Below are positions 1-11,680 of a stretch of 64,000 nucleotides of DNA, piece by piece (the stretch's first letter is position 1; each line of letters starts with the position of its first letter). The notes below the pieces were generated by a model. It saw only the letters and a list, made by a program, of their open reading frames with translations. It made no database searches and was not told the DNA's origin. The stretch comes from Octopus sinensis (Eukaryota). The position numbers and the translations under genes were made by a program. Location of the stretch: contig NC_043004.1 in assembly GCF_006345805.1 (NCBI RefSeq), positions 4,402,001-4,466,000 of the forward strand. The letters are read 5' to 3'.

Positions 1-156
1 TCTTCTTATCCAGAAGAAAATATATTTCTTCTGAACAAGAAATGTTTTCTTCTATGACAATGAAACACTGGGCTATCAAGACAGCTGCAAGAAATAGCGA
101 CTAAATTTCCCTCAAACCACACTTTACTGGGAAGGTAGACATTAAGATGATGATAT

Positions 157-372
157 ATGAGGGGGTGCTGAAAAGTCCCTGGCTTTAAAGATATCATGAA
201 AAGCCTGGTTAGAGGCCCAACCTTTCAAGCTTTTTTACAGGGCTTAGAAAAACTGAAGGACCGCTGCAATAAGTGTGTGAATTTGAGAGGGGAATATGTT
301 GGATAAAATCATAATTAACTGATCTTCTGGTCTTTACTTTTACTCAAAGCCTGGAACTTTTCAACAACCCCT
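157..372 (+). mobile_element. ~215-bp mariner-derived MITE
   Basis: TIRs gggggtgctgaaaagtccctggcttt / aaagcctggaactttttcaacaacccc. The interior encodes the mariner transposase C-terminus (KLKDRCNKCVNLRGEYV). Further copies at 11948-12165 (-), 22988-23198 (+), 27590-27780 (+) and 44895-45388 (-). Confidence 0.8.
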
Positions 373-399
373 TGTGTGTGTATGTATGTGTATATATAT

Positions 400-458
<59 letters not shown>

Positions 459-697
459 TTGCTATTATGTTAAACTGTTGTATGTCCAAATTTGGTCAAA
501 TGCACTTTTTTCAGTTTTTTTTTTTTTTTTTTTTTTTGCTTACAATAGCTGTTCTTTTGGTCAAACTGTCATATCTCCAGCTACTTCAGGTGCCAAAATA
601 GCAAAAATTGTCAAAGTGTAGTACAACAGTTTTGCTATGGAATGGTGAAACTATTTTTTTGTTTTCTGAAATAGCAATGATATATATATATATATAA

Positions 698-884
698 TCA
701 TCATCATCATCATCATCATTTAACGTCCGATTTCCATGCTGGCTTGGGTTGGACAGTTTGACTGAAGTTTGCCAAGCCAGTGGGCTGCACCAGGCTCTAA
801 TCTAATCTGGCAATGTTTCTACAGCTGGACGCCCATCCCAATGCCAACCACTCCATGAGTGTAATAGGTGCTTTTTATGTGCCA

Positions 885-887
<3 letters not shown>
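698..887 (-). mobile_element. RTE-LINE-type 3' tail fragment ending in (GAT)n
   Basis: Reverse complement of the abundant ggttggc..ggaagggcatccagctgtagaaac..aacccatgctagcatggaaa.cggacgttaaacgatgatg tail. Embedded in (TA)n. Confidence 0.75.
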
Positions 888-919
<32 letters not shown>

Positions 920-921
<2 letters not shown>

Positions 922-1335
922 CGCAGGAGTGGCTGTGTGGTAAGTAGCTTGCTAACCAACCACATGGTTCCGGGTTCAGTCCCACTGCGTGGCATCTTGG
1001 GCAAGTGTCTTCTGCTATAGCCCCGGGTCGACCAATGCCCTGTGAGTGGATTTGGTAGACAGAAACTGAAAGAAGCCTGTCGTATATATGTATGTATGTA
1101 TATGTATGTGTGTGTTTGTGTGTCTGTGTTTGTCCCCCTAGCATTGCTTGACCACCGATGCTGGTGTGTTTACGTCCCCGTCACTTAGCGGTTCGGCAAA
1201 AGAGACCGATAGAATAAGTACTGGGCTTACAAAGAATAAGTCCCGGGGTCGATTTGCTCGACTAAAAAAAGGCGGTGCTCCAGCATGGCCGCAGTCAAAT
1301 GACTGAAACAAGTAAAAGAGCAAAAGAGCAAAGAG
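920..1335 (+). mobile_element. Full-length tRNA-derived SINE (family A)
   Basis: tRNA-like head ggcgcaggagtggctgtgtggtaag..gggttcagtccc, internal (TG)n and a conserved tail ..gactgaaacaagtaaaagag. Many copies in the window. Confidence 0.85.
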
Positions 1336-1336
1336 C

Positions 1337-1370
<34 letters not shown>

Positions 1371-1589
1371 ATAAATTGTGTATCACGCTTTATTGCAGGT
1401 CAAATTTTTATTGATGTTTTGATTATTAAATATTGTACAAATGTGAAACTTGGTCCACTGAAAGATCCTAGGTAGGTATGTACACAGTGAACATTTCAAT
1501 TGTATTGATAAGCTACATACAAAGTTATGTTGAGGTATGTAATTTGAAGTGCTTTCAACTGTGTCATGCTTTATTACAGGTGTACAAAA

Positions 1590-2345
1590 ATGTCTCTGAA
1601 ACGACATCTGACAGCTACAGAGAAGATGCAGATTGTTGCAGGTCTCGCAGAAGGTTTACCTGTGGGAGAATTAGCCCAAGAGCTTGGTCGGGATACAAGA
1701 ACATTGAAGGCGTATGTGGAAAACCTCATCCCCAAACCAAGGCAAGATAAAGGTACAAGAAGAAGTGTATCTCAGAGTGACATCCAAAAAATAGGTAGAC
1801 AAGTAAGAAAAGACCTCAATAGCACAAGTGCTGCCATATTTGAAAGTGCTGGGGTTGCTCTTTTGTCCAGAAGCACCTGGTGTAGCATCCTTAAAGAGAT
1901 GGCCAGAAGTGTTAAGTGCATTGCTAGACCCATCCTAAGCAAGAACCACAAAGAGAAGTGTATTGATTAGGCATGGAAGTACATGAAAATCAATTTCCAA
2001 GATGTCTTCTTCATGGATGAGGCCAGAGCTACTCTGGATGTCCCCGACAGATGGACCAAAGTTTGGGTACCTCTTGGAGCTTCTCACCTGCAATGCATTT
2101 GGCGTCAACAAGGAGGTGGTGGTGTAATGTTCTGAGCTGGAATTATAGGAAATGAACTTGTCAGGCCTTTCAAGTGCCAGAAGTTATCAAACTCACCAGC
2201 AACTCCTACACTGCATTTCTGGAGGAGCATTTTCCAGCATGGTTAGATGATCTGCCACTCTCATGTTGATGGCGATTGATTTTTATACATGACAATGCTA
2301 CTTCGCAATCAGTCAAGCCTACAATTTCATACCTCGCAACTTTGG
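1590..2345 (+). pseudogene. Tc1-like transposase remnant
   Basis: HTH region MSLKRHLTATEKMQIVAGLAEG..., first catalytic D in FFMDEA, QQGGGGVMF*AGI motif, second D in FIHDNA. Contains stops and a frameshift, and is truncated by a SINE. Confidence 0.85.
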
Positions 2346-2351
2346 GAATCA

Positions 2352-2716
2352 CAGGCCAATCACTCATGGCTTGGTCGAGCAAATCGACCCCAGGACTTAT
2401 TCTTTGTAAGCCTAGTACTTATTCTATCGGTCTCTTTGGCTGAACCGCTAAGTTACGGGGACGTAAACACACCAGCATCAGTTGTCAAGCGATGTTTGCG
2501 GGACAAACACAGACACACAAATGCATACACACACACATACATATATACATATACATGACGGGCTTCTTTCAGTTTCCATCTACCAAATCTACTCACAAGG
2601 CTTTGGTTAGCCCAAGGCAATAGTAGAAGATACTTGCCCAAGGTGCCACGCAGTGGGACTGAACCCGGAACCATGTGGTTGGTAAGCAAGCTACTTACCA
2701 CACAGCCACTCCTATG
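2352..2716 (-). mobile_element. tRNA-SINE family A copy
   Basis: Reverse complement of the 920-1335 element. Confidence 0.8.
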
Positions 2717-2989
2717 CCTATCTGAGGCTAAATTACAAGCAACAGTAACAACAACTAAATTATCATTGATAAATCTTTCCCTATACTGTGATGTTACTGT
2801 AACTGAATACTTACATCGTGGTGCCTGGTTGCAACTATGTGGACTTAGCTGTTGAGAGTTTGGTGTCTTTGGCAAGGATGTAATGTGGTAGTGGGGGAAC
2901 AGGATATGAATTACCAATCTCTTTTTCACACACACACTGAATTAAGTATGGCAATGTCAGTGGTGATGAGCCGATAATTATCCTGATGA

Positions 2990-3850
2990 AAGCACCACTG
3001 GTGATGAGATGATGATAGTGATAAGGAGATGTTGACAACAATGTGAAGATGATCATGAAAATAGCACAGTTGAGAATGATATGAATGATGATGGATGGTA
3101 GCACTGATGATGATGATGGGATGATCGCAGTGGTGATGGGATGATTATGATGATGATTATGGGATGACCATAGTGGTGATGGGATGACCATAGTGATGAT
3201 GATGATAATGACAATGACAGTAGTGGTGAAGGTGATGATGATGGCCGTGATGATAATGATGATGACAATGGCAGTGGTGATGGTGTGATGATGATGATGA
3301 TGACGTGGTGGTTGCTATGGTGATGGAAAGATGATGATGATGATAGCATTTGTAACAGAATGATGATGTTAACTGGGTTTTTTTTTTACCCCCTGGTTAT
3401 ATCAATCAGCGACATGAGCTCAGACGACTTCTGGTACAGAGAAGCCGGTCATCAAAATATTGTTGAACACCACCACATCGGCCTCTATCAGTAGACTACA
3501 TTAATGAAGTGTGGGTAGGGGTAGGGTGGGTTAGATCAAATAGATCTAACAACTGCCTCGCCTCTCCTACTGTTGCTCTCATCACTACCATCTCCAATGC
3601 TATCATTACCACCACTGCTGTTATCATTACCACTGTAGCTGTCACTATTCCTATCACCACCACCACCACCACCACCACCACTGTATCTGTCATCTCTACC
3701 ACTGCTGCCACACTGCAGTTGTCATCACTACCACTACAGCTGCAACTGTCGCCACTCCCACCAACACTGTTGCTGTCATCACAAACCACCACAACAAAAA
3801 ACAACTGCTATTGCCACAACCGTCCCTTTCATCACAACAAATCGATACCT
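2990..3850. repeat. Degenerate trinucleotide tracts (TGA/GAT)n and (CAC/TAC)n flanking a short unique island
   Basis: Visible 3-bp periodicity at 2990-3350 and 3560-3830. Confidence 0.8.
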
Positions 3851-4966
3851 TAATGGACTTTTAGAATAGAACAATGTTTTACATTTTCTGATTTAGTTGA
3901 TGTGGACATATTTTATCCATTACAATAGTTGGCGTGGAGGAAAAAGCTGGGTAGGAAGAGGCATAAAAACAAAGCGAGGTGGAGAGATATGTAGTGTGTG
4001 TGAGAGAGAGAGAGAGAGAGACCAAGAGAAAACCAAAGAGAAGGACAGTGGAAGTGTGAGAGAGAGGGAGAGAGAAAGAGAGAGGGAAAGAAAGATAGAG
4101 AGGAGGAGAGCAAAAGAGAGAGAGAGAGTGCGAGAGATATATATTACAAATGTGATCCAGAAGATATTAAAAGATGGTCTCCCAGTCCCCCACTCTCTCA
4201 TACATACATATCCACAGATGATGATAATAGTGATAAGAGGAGGTGAAATGGGTACTACAACATGCAACTGAGATGGTAGCAAAGTCATTAATTAAGATTA
4301 AATTACCAGGCAAAATAATAAAGATCAGTAAGCTGTTGGAAGATAAACAAACCACCAACTTAACCAAGCACACAGCATGACAAGCAAGTCCAGATGAACA
4401 CAGCACAAAACAACCCAGTCTACTTCAGTATAAGTCAATACAGAACAGTACAGCTCAGACCAGCGTGACTCACCACATCACAATACAGCGCGGCTCAACC
4501 CAGCGAAGAACAGCTCAACCAAGCTAAGCACATCACAACATAGTTGAGTCTGGATGGACATGGCTCAAGACAACCCAGTTAAGTTCAGTACAGCATAGCA
4601 CAGTTTAACACAGTACAGCATAGCCAAGTTCAACAAAGCTACATTCTGAAGATAACTTCTCTTTCCACACCAATCTCAGTTCCTCCTTAAATAAGCCATA
4701 ATTTTTTTTTTTAAATTTGAAAATTTCTAGACTATTTATCTCTTATTTACTTTATCAGTATTCTACACAATATTTCAATCTGTCCATTTCTAAGAATCTT
4801 CAGGTATCTTCAGAGAGAGAAAATAAAAAGACAATCTCTCTGGAGCTGGTGTCGCAATATAATGTGCTCAATATCCTCTCTAACATGGTCAGTGTTGTGA
4901 TGGGCATCCAACAGTAGAAACCAAATCAAAAATTAATCATACAAGTGGTCTCCCAACCATCTAGGA

Positions 4967-5372
4967 CAAGGCAGGACAACCTGAGGCCTGCGGCCCACAG
5001 ACTTTTTAACTTGTGGCCTGCTCGATACTTTCTAGAAATGGGTTTATTTAAACAAACATTTTAAAACTTTTATCAAAAATTAAAGATTGTAATGACAAGT
5101 AAAGAGAAAGATACTACTGTTTTTGCAACGATAATATTTCATGCTAAATCAACAATCATTCAATCGTTATTTTCAAAATAAATTTAAAATTTATAAGTGG
5201 CAATAAAGCAACAGCCTACAATTTTATAATTTTAAACAAACGAAAAGTATGAAAAATTCTTGATTCTGTAATTGGATTATTTGACTTGAAGTGCATAAAG
5301 TATACAAGCGGCCCTCAAAAGACTTTCTGTGATTCAAGTGGCCTACAATGTAATTCGAGTTGGCCAGGCCTG
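4967..5372. mobile_element. Non-autonomous hAT element
   Basis: 8-bp TSD atctagga at 4959-4966 and 5373-5380. Imperfect TIRs caaggcaggacaac / gttggccaggcctg with cggccc subterminal motifs. Confidence 0.8.
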
Positions 5373-6609
5373 ATCTAGGAAAACAGTAACACCAAATAAG
5401 AATCAACAAGGAATATGACAACTTGTCCAATCTATGCCAGTATGGAAAGTGGATGTGAAATGAAAATGTTATATGGTACCTTGGTTAAGTGTCTTTTACT
5501 ATAGCACAGGATCAACCAAAGCCTTGCGAGTAGATTTGGTAGATGGAAACTGAAAGAAGCCTACAGTGTGTGTGTGTGTCTTTGTCTTGACATCACATGT
5601 TAGTTATAACTGATTGGTACTGTCATATAAGCAGTGCCATTCATTTTCAATATTCTGCAGGAACATATCTGATCACAGAAAAATATTGTTTTGCTCAGAA
5701 ACAGGTGAATGTTAGTGAAAAGAAAAGCAGAAGGCTGTAGAAAATCCATCTGAACAAATTCTGTCCAACCCATGCAAGCATGGGAAAGTGGATATTCATA
5801 ACAATGATGATGATACACACACACATACAACACATATGCAACTCATATTATTTGAAACTTGTAATTTTTATTTCTCATACAACAAATCAACACTCTTCAC
5901 CAACCCCGCCTCAAAATAGTACCAGATTAGTGAAGGGTGTTGATGTTTTTAGCTTGAAATAAAGGCTCCAATTTGGTCCCAATCTCAGTTTACGTGAATG
6001 TGTATGAATAGGACACTTAAAGATGATCAACGAATAAGCTGATCAATACACAGTAAAGGAAGCATGAACACTTGCAAGCAAGAGAACTTTACTTGATCAA
6101 GATCCTACCCATACTGAGGATCAATGTAAACCCTTGATCAATGCTTAAATCTAACAACAAATCCAAATATCAAAAATATTTAAATGGATTGGCTGTAGAC
6201 TTTACCAAAATCCTAATAAAAAACAGAATAAAAAACAAAAAAAAATTGCAAATAATTTAGATCTTTTATATCAAACTAAGAATTTCATGAGTCAGCAAGG
6301 TAGCTTCTATATGGCCATTCGATCTGCTAGAAATAGCAGCCAAATCTTTCTTAATTACAACCAACCAATTTCAGCAACACATTAAATAATGTAATTGTAA
6401 ATACTCCTAAAGTAAAGACACAAGGCCTGGTAATAAAAGTGTTACGCTCAGGATCGTAAGATTCTGGATTCAATTCCTGAATCAGGTGTTCTTGAGCAAA
6501 ATACTTCATTTTATATTGCTCCAGTCCACTCTGTTGTATAAGAGTCCCAGCAATAACTAGGAAGTCAACACGGCAACAGACTGACATCCCAGTAAAGGAA
6601 AGAGGTGCC

Positions 6610-7095
6610 ATAATCTCAGTCATGCACAATTCCTCTGCTAAAATGGAATGCACCAATCCTGTGCTTGTTCCCACTTCATGAGCAATTTCCATGAGTTGTA
6701 CAACAGTCATCTATGAATATTTGCCAGACCTTCTCAATCAGTTCCTTATTTCAGCTTGTGGACGGCCAGCTTGAGTGTCCCTTACTCTCCACTGAGATAC
6801 AGCTATGTTTGAAGTGGTTATACTACTCCTTGATCTGAGTTTTGTTCATGGCATCTTTGTCAAAAGCCTGATGAATCTTCTGGATGGTTTGAGTTTGAGT
6901 ATCACTGAGCCTTTGGAAAAACCTGGTGCAAATCTCTGCCCAATGCGTTCAGTGGAAACAAAAATCCAGCAAGTGCACACTTGTACTCTCGGTGTAACAA
7001 CTGGGAACTGACACAGCCTACTGGCATAAAAATTTTCATGCATGCATGCATAAGGGTGGAGTCACTAATTTTGGGTGGGAGAAAATAAGTTGGAT
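6610..7095 (-). pseudogene. mariner transposase N-terminal (HTH) remnant
   Basis: Translates to FDKDAMNKTQIKE*YNHFK..PSTS..LMEIAHEVGTSTGLVHSILAEELCM. Confidence 0.75.
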
Positions 7096-8962
7096 ACTTT
7101 TTTTAACATATTTCGTAAACATTGCAATCCTTCTGCATAATTACATCCCTGTGAAAGTTGCTACCACTTCATGACACATAGTAATTATATATAAGTAAAT
7201 CATGATTGAAAAGATGTGATCAATCCTGATCAAGAGAACTCTATGAAGACTAGGACATTGCCCTCATTCAATAACTAATGAAAAGAGAATGCAATAAATT
7301 CATTTTATTTTAGCAAATGACCCAGAACTTCCTTTAGGTGAATGCTTTGTTTACACTTTTAGTTTTTTTCTTCCCTTTTTTACCTCAGTAGCACAGCAAA
7401 AAAAAAAAAGCCATAAATAGTAAATAAATAAATAGAACAAATAAAAGAACACTTCTTTATAGCAAGATGGACTCATAAGGTAGAAAAAAAAAACTGTACA
7501 GAAAATCATCAATATCAATTAACAATGTATTTGAAACCTCTCAGGCCAGGCAAAACCGGACACCAATGCAAAACCTTTTAAGACAAATTAGTATGTTTGG
7601 CCTTGTTGAAGGAAATGTACAGTAACAATATCACTGCATTAAAAGTTAATGTATATGACAAGCGACAGTGTGAGAAGATAAAGATTGGATGTGGTCAGTA
7701 GGTGGCGTAACCATTAGCAACTGGTAATGAATATGATAACAGTAATGGTCATGGGAAGGGGGGACGGGGCCTAGATCAACAAAGTAGGCGGCTTTATTAC
7801 TTAAATTATCTGCTTAGTATCAGAAAAGGAGAACAGAACGCTAAAACCTAAAGAGCTTTCGTTAGCCATGTAATTTATTAACAAAGTACTTTTGCAACAA
7901 CAACAGGCATAAATGAATGAGCTACAAAGCAGCATCTGTGTAACAAATCATTTATTAAATAAGATCAGTAATCAACTGCACTAGAGTGCATTTGTGCATG
8001 CAGAATGCATAAACACCACTGTAAACAAGATAATAGCCAGTTTATATTTGTTTTGGCAACTTATGTAGACCATTCAGTCAAGTACATAAAGACTATTAAT
8101 AGCTGCATGTTGAGCTAATTGTAGATGAACAGTAATAGCACCTGACATTGAAAGACAACATAAAAACAGTTTCAAGTTTTTATAAAGGGAGTGGATGCGA
8201 ACCAAATATAACACTAATCATAAGATCATCTCTTTGTGTAAAGCTGTCCCTGCTCCCATCCCGCCCCAGAATTTATAGTCTTGTAAGCTGCCTGGTGACC
8301 ACAATAGTGCTGGTAGCACAAAAACAAATAAAAAGCACCCAGGGTATGCTGTAAAGTGGTTGGTGTTAAGAAGGGCATACAGTCATAGAAATCATGCCAA
8401 AGCAGATACTGAGGCACAATGCAGTCCTTGGACCCACCCGATCCTGTCAAACTGTCTTACCTATGCCACCATGGAACATGGACGTTAAATGATGATGATG
8501 ATGATGATTAAAGGACTTCCAGTCTTGAGATATTTCATTTTTCTTTCTTTTAGACATAGAGTATCTAAGTGGCCTTATTCAATGCATCCTTTGTTATTTG
8601 AGATAGTGAGATGTGCTTTGGGGAACATTTCACTCTCGTTTCTTTGAGGTCAAGTGACAGCATTGATGGCTCACAATAGAGAAGGTTGTCACAAATAAAT
8701 ATTTTCGCAAGAACCAAACTAAAAGGCAACCTGCACATTTTTCCTTCAAGGGATTCTATTAGTTTGCTCCTGAAGTAACAAAGCTCATTGATTTACACTA
8801 AAGAAGAAAAGACAACTCTTCTCACAATATACAAAAAGAATTAGTGTTATTTAGAATTTTGTCAAAATATATACCTGAATCTTTCACTTCTATATTAAAA
8901 GATGAGGAATTATGTACATTATTTACATTCGATGGATATTTGTCCTCATCTTGTTTGTTGTT

Positions 8963-9008
8963 AACACAACGTTTCGGCTGATATACCCTCCAGCCTTCTT
9001 CAGGTGTC
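8963..9008 (-). ncRNA. Minimal type I hammerhead ribozyme (intact core)
   Basis: gacac-CTGAAGA-a-ggctg(gagggtatat)cagcc-GAAAC-GTT-gtgtt: stem I gacac/gtgtt, stem II ggctg/cagcc, palindromic ACGT stem III, predicted GUU cleavage site. Confidence 0.75.
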
Positions 9009-9308
9009 TTGGGGAAATTTCAAACCTGAGTTCTCATTCCTAAGGTATTTTTCTATGTTGTTATTGTTGTTATTATTATTATTATTGTTCAGGTCACTGC
9101 TTGGAATCAAACTCAGAATCTTGGGGTTAGTAGCCCACACTCTTAACCACTACGCCAAGATTCCGAGTGCGATTCCAAGCAGTGACCTGAACAATAACAA
9201 TGGTAATAATAATGATAATAATAATAATAATAATAATAACAACAACAACAACAACAACAACATCGAAAATACCTTAGGAATGAGAACCCAGGATCAAAAT
9301 TTCCCCAA

Positions 9309-9354
9309 GACACCTGAAGAAGGCTGGAGAGTATATCAGCCGAAACATTGTGTT
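9309..9354 (+). ncRNA. Hammerhead ribozyme copy (stem III G>A variant)
   Basis: gacacCTGAAGAaggctggagagtatatcagccGAAACattgtgtt. Confidence 0.6.
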
Positions 9355-9403
9355 AACAATAAACAAGATGAGGACAAATATCCGTCAAATGTAAATAACG
9401 TAC

Positions 9404-9463
9404 CTGAATCTTTGTTGTCAATAAGAAACAAACATTCTTTATTAGGCTGACCCAGTGTTCTTT
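9404..9463 (-). CDS. Candidate 60-nt symmetric exon of an unidentified gene
   Basis: Acceptor ctggtctgtcatag and donor CAG|gtacgt. Open as (E)RTLGQPNKECLFLIDNKDS(G) or KEHWVSLIKNVCFLLTTKIQ. No homology recognised. Confidence 0.3.
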
Positions 9464-9789
9464 CTATGACAGACCAGTAAATTGGTTCACTCATTTTCAA
9501 AGGGTTAAGTAAAGCTGGCACTCCAACAGTTATCTCAAGTGTTCCAGTTGATGTGATCAACAGAACAACCTGTTCATGAAATTCAAGTGCAAGTGGCAGA
9601 GCACTCCACAGACATGTGTTTCCTCAACATACTTCTGAGAGAGATTCAGTGTGACAAAATGCAACAAGGCTGGCCTTTTGAAATACAGGTACAATTTATT
9701 TTTGCCAGCTGAGTGGACTGGAGCTCAAGTACACAAAATATGAGGATGATGATGACGATGTAAGTCAAAATAAATAGTGAGTAAAATCC

Positions 9790-10130
9790 CCAGCTAGTGC
9801 TGCTGGATGGCAGACTCTAGTGACAATGTTATTCTGCACTTTCCAATCCATGGTGCAGGCCTTAGCATGCTTGAGGTCAAGGTACTGCTACTTCAGGTCT
9901 TGCTCAGTTTGTTTTGCCCATGTCTTCTTTGGTGCACTGCACTGGATTCTCCAGTGCGTGGGTTGTTACCGTCACAAATGTTAGTGTGGTAGTCTTCTGG
10001 TGATGTGACAAAACCACTGTAGCCCGCACCGCAGGACTTGGTTTTCAATGGTCGGCTGCTGGTGGCACTGTTCTCAGATGATGATGACTTCTTGCAACAC
10101 AATGCCTCACAAAAAAGACTTTCTAGTTAT
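9790..10130 (-). mobile_element. LINE (RTE-like) ORF2 3' fragment
   Basis: Decayed HITRRLPH..SAPKKTWAKQTEQDLK motif, typical of the LINE C-terminus. Confidence 0.55.
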
Positions 10131-10206
10131 CGCTGCAATCAGTTTGATCTGAAGTCTGCTTGATCAGGCTGATCTCATAAGTAGCAGCAACAGCAAACAA
10201 CAACTG

Positions 10207-10560
10207 AGGTGGAGGTGCAATGGCCCAGTGGAGAGGGCAGCAGACTCGCGGTCGTAAGAACGCGGTTTCGATTCCCAGACCGGGTATTGTGAGTGTTTAT
10301 TGAGAAAAACCACCTAAGCTCCATGAGGTTCCAGCGGAGGTGGGGGCTGAACCCCGCTGTACTCTTTCACCACAACTTTCACTCTTTCTTCCTACTTCTT
10401 GCCACAAAGCAGAGGAATCATGGTGTAACCCCCTATGGTGTGGTAAACTTTCAGACCCTAGTCTAGATTGCAAATCCTCTGTACCCCAGGATAGTTCAGC
10501 TCTCTACCCGTTAAAAGTCACCGTTTACGGAATGAGGATAACAACGTAGATTTCGTGCCT
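10207..10560 (+). mobile_element. tRNA-derived SINE (family B)
   Basis: Head ggaggtgcaatggcccagtgg..ggtttcgattcccagaccggg. Related copies at 21075-21302, 26533-26832 and 49765-50050. Confidence 0.75.
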
Positions 10561-11094
10561 GTGCAACCGCCAGTCTATCGCGTGTGGTGGGTGGATCTTC
10601 AAGTTGTCACACACATTCTTAGTAGCTTAGAGTAGGCTTGAATGAGAGATTATTCTTTGTGGCTAATGGTGTGAGTCCTGATTGGAAGAAGAAGAAGACA
10701 ACAACTGAGTGAGGTCAAGCAGACCAATGAGCAAGGGTCAACTAATCAATAAAAATAAGATTAGTAATATCACAAAGTTGGCTGTCATGTACCAAGAGTG
10801 CAGTCAATCATCAACGGTTATGCTATCAAAAACAATAACAAGCGAAAGAAAAGTTAAAAGACGCAAAGATAGGAGAAAGTGGGAACAAAATCTAAAACAA
10901 AAATTGTAATTCCAAACATCAATTTATGTGTGTGTGGGGGGGGGCAAAGATATTGATTTGTGTTCTTTCAGGCAAGTCAACAAGTCTGATTCCATTTTCA
11001 AAATCTCATTATGGTAGCATCATTGTAATAGCAAAGACAGATGCGAAAGGGAGATTTTTAGAACTTCATAATCTTTGCATTATTTTATTTTGTT

Positions 11095-11308
11095 AAGGCG
11101 GCAAGCTGGTAGAAATGTTAGCATGCCAGGCAAAATGCTTAGTGGTATTTCGTCTGTCTTTACGTTTTGAGTTCAATTTCCACCAAGGTCGACATTGCCT
11201 TTCATCCTTTTGGAGTTGATAATTTAAGTACCAGTTGCATACTAGGATCGATCTAATGGACTGGCTCCCTCCCCCAAAATTTCAGGCCTTGTGCCCAGAG
11301 TAGAAAAG
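11095..11308 (+). mobile_element. tRNA-SINE family C (Deu/Nin-like central domain)
   Basis: ggcggcaagctggtagaaatgttagc..ggtcgacattgcctttcatccttttggagttgataatttaagtaccag. The domain assignment is inference. Confidence 0.7.
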
Positions 11309-11680
11309 ATTATTACCACTGCCTTAGCAAAGGTGGAGGTATTGTTTTCAGTCATGTTTATTTGTCCATGGACAAGATATCTCAAGAACTGGTGGATGGA
11401 TTTGGATGAAATTTTCAGAGATATTTGACCTCGTGACTGGTACAAATTGATTAGGTTTTGGGATCAATCCAGTACTGGACAAGGATTCTTGACTATTTTT
11501 TCCTGTTTTTCTTTTACTTAATTTTTGAGAGCGGTCAGGTTCATTTTCAGTATTCTCGTTTGTGAGAGCAGTCGAGTTTATTTCAGATATTTTCATTTTA
11601 AAAATCATTTCTGGCTAATCGTTGAGAGGACATTGGAGTTGTCTTGGTGGAGGTTTGTGCTCTCTGAGTGCTCTTGTTTT
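11308..11680. mobile_element. Non-autonomous Helitron/Helentron-type element
   Basis: Starts attattaccactgccttagcaaaggtggaggtattg and ends cttggtggaggtttgtgctctctgagtgctcttgtt. These ends resemble aquatic-animal rolling-circle non-autonomous families. Confidence 0.5.

Larger units (their letters stand above)
8885..9400. mobile_element. Head-to-head inverted dimer of a hammerhead-bearing tRNA-SINE (locus 1)
   Basis: Full copy on minus (8885-9157) joined to a 5'-truncated copy on plus (9158-9400). Flanked by the direct repeat tacctgaatcttt at 8872-8884 and 9401-9413. Confidence 0.85.

Noticed and set aside
8731-8797. Minus-strand AG..GT segment downstream of the candidate exon
   Set aside because: Stops in all frames; cannot be linked to 9404-9463.
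9085-9157. tRNA genes at SINE heads (also 920, 10207, 26760 and 44140)
   Set aside because: There is no complete acceptor stem, and each head runs into a repeated SINE body.
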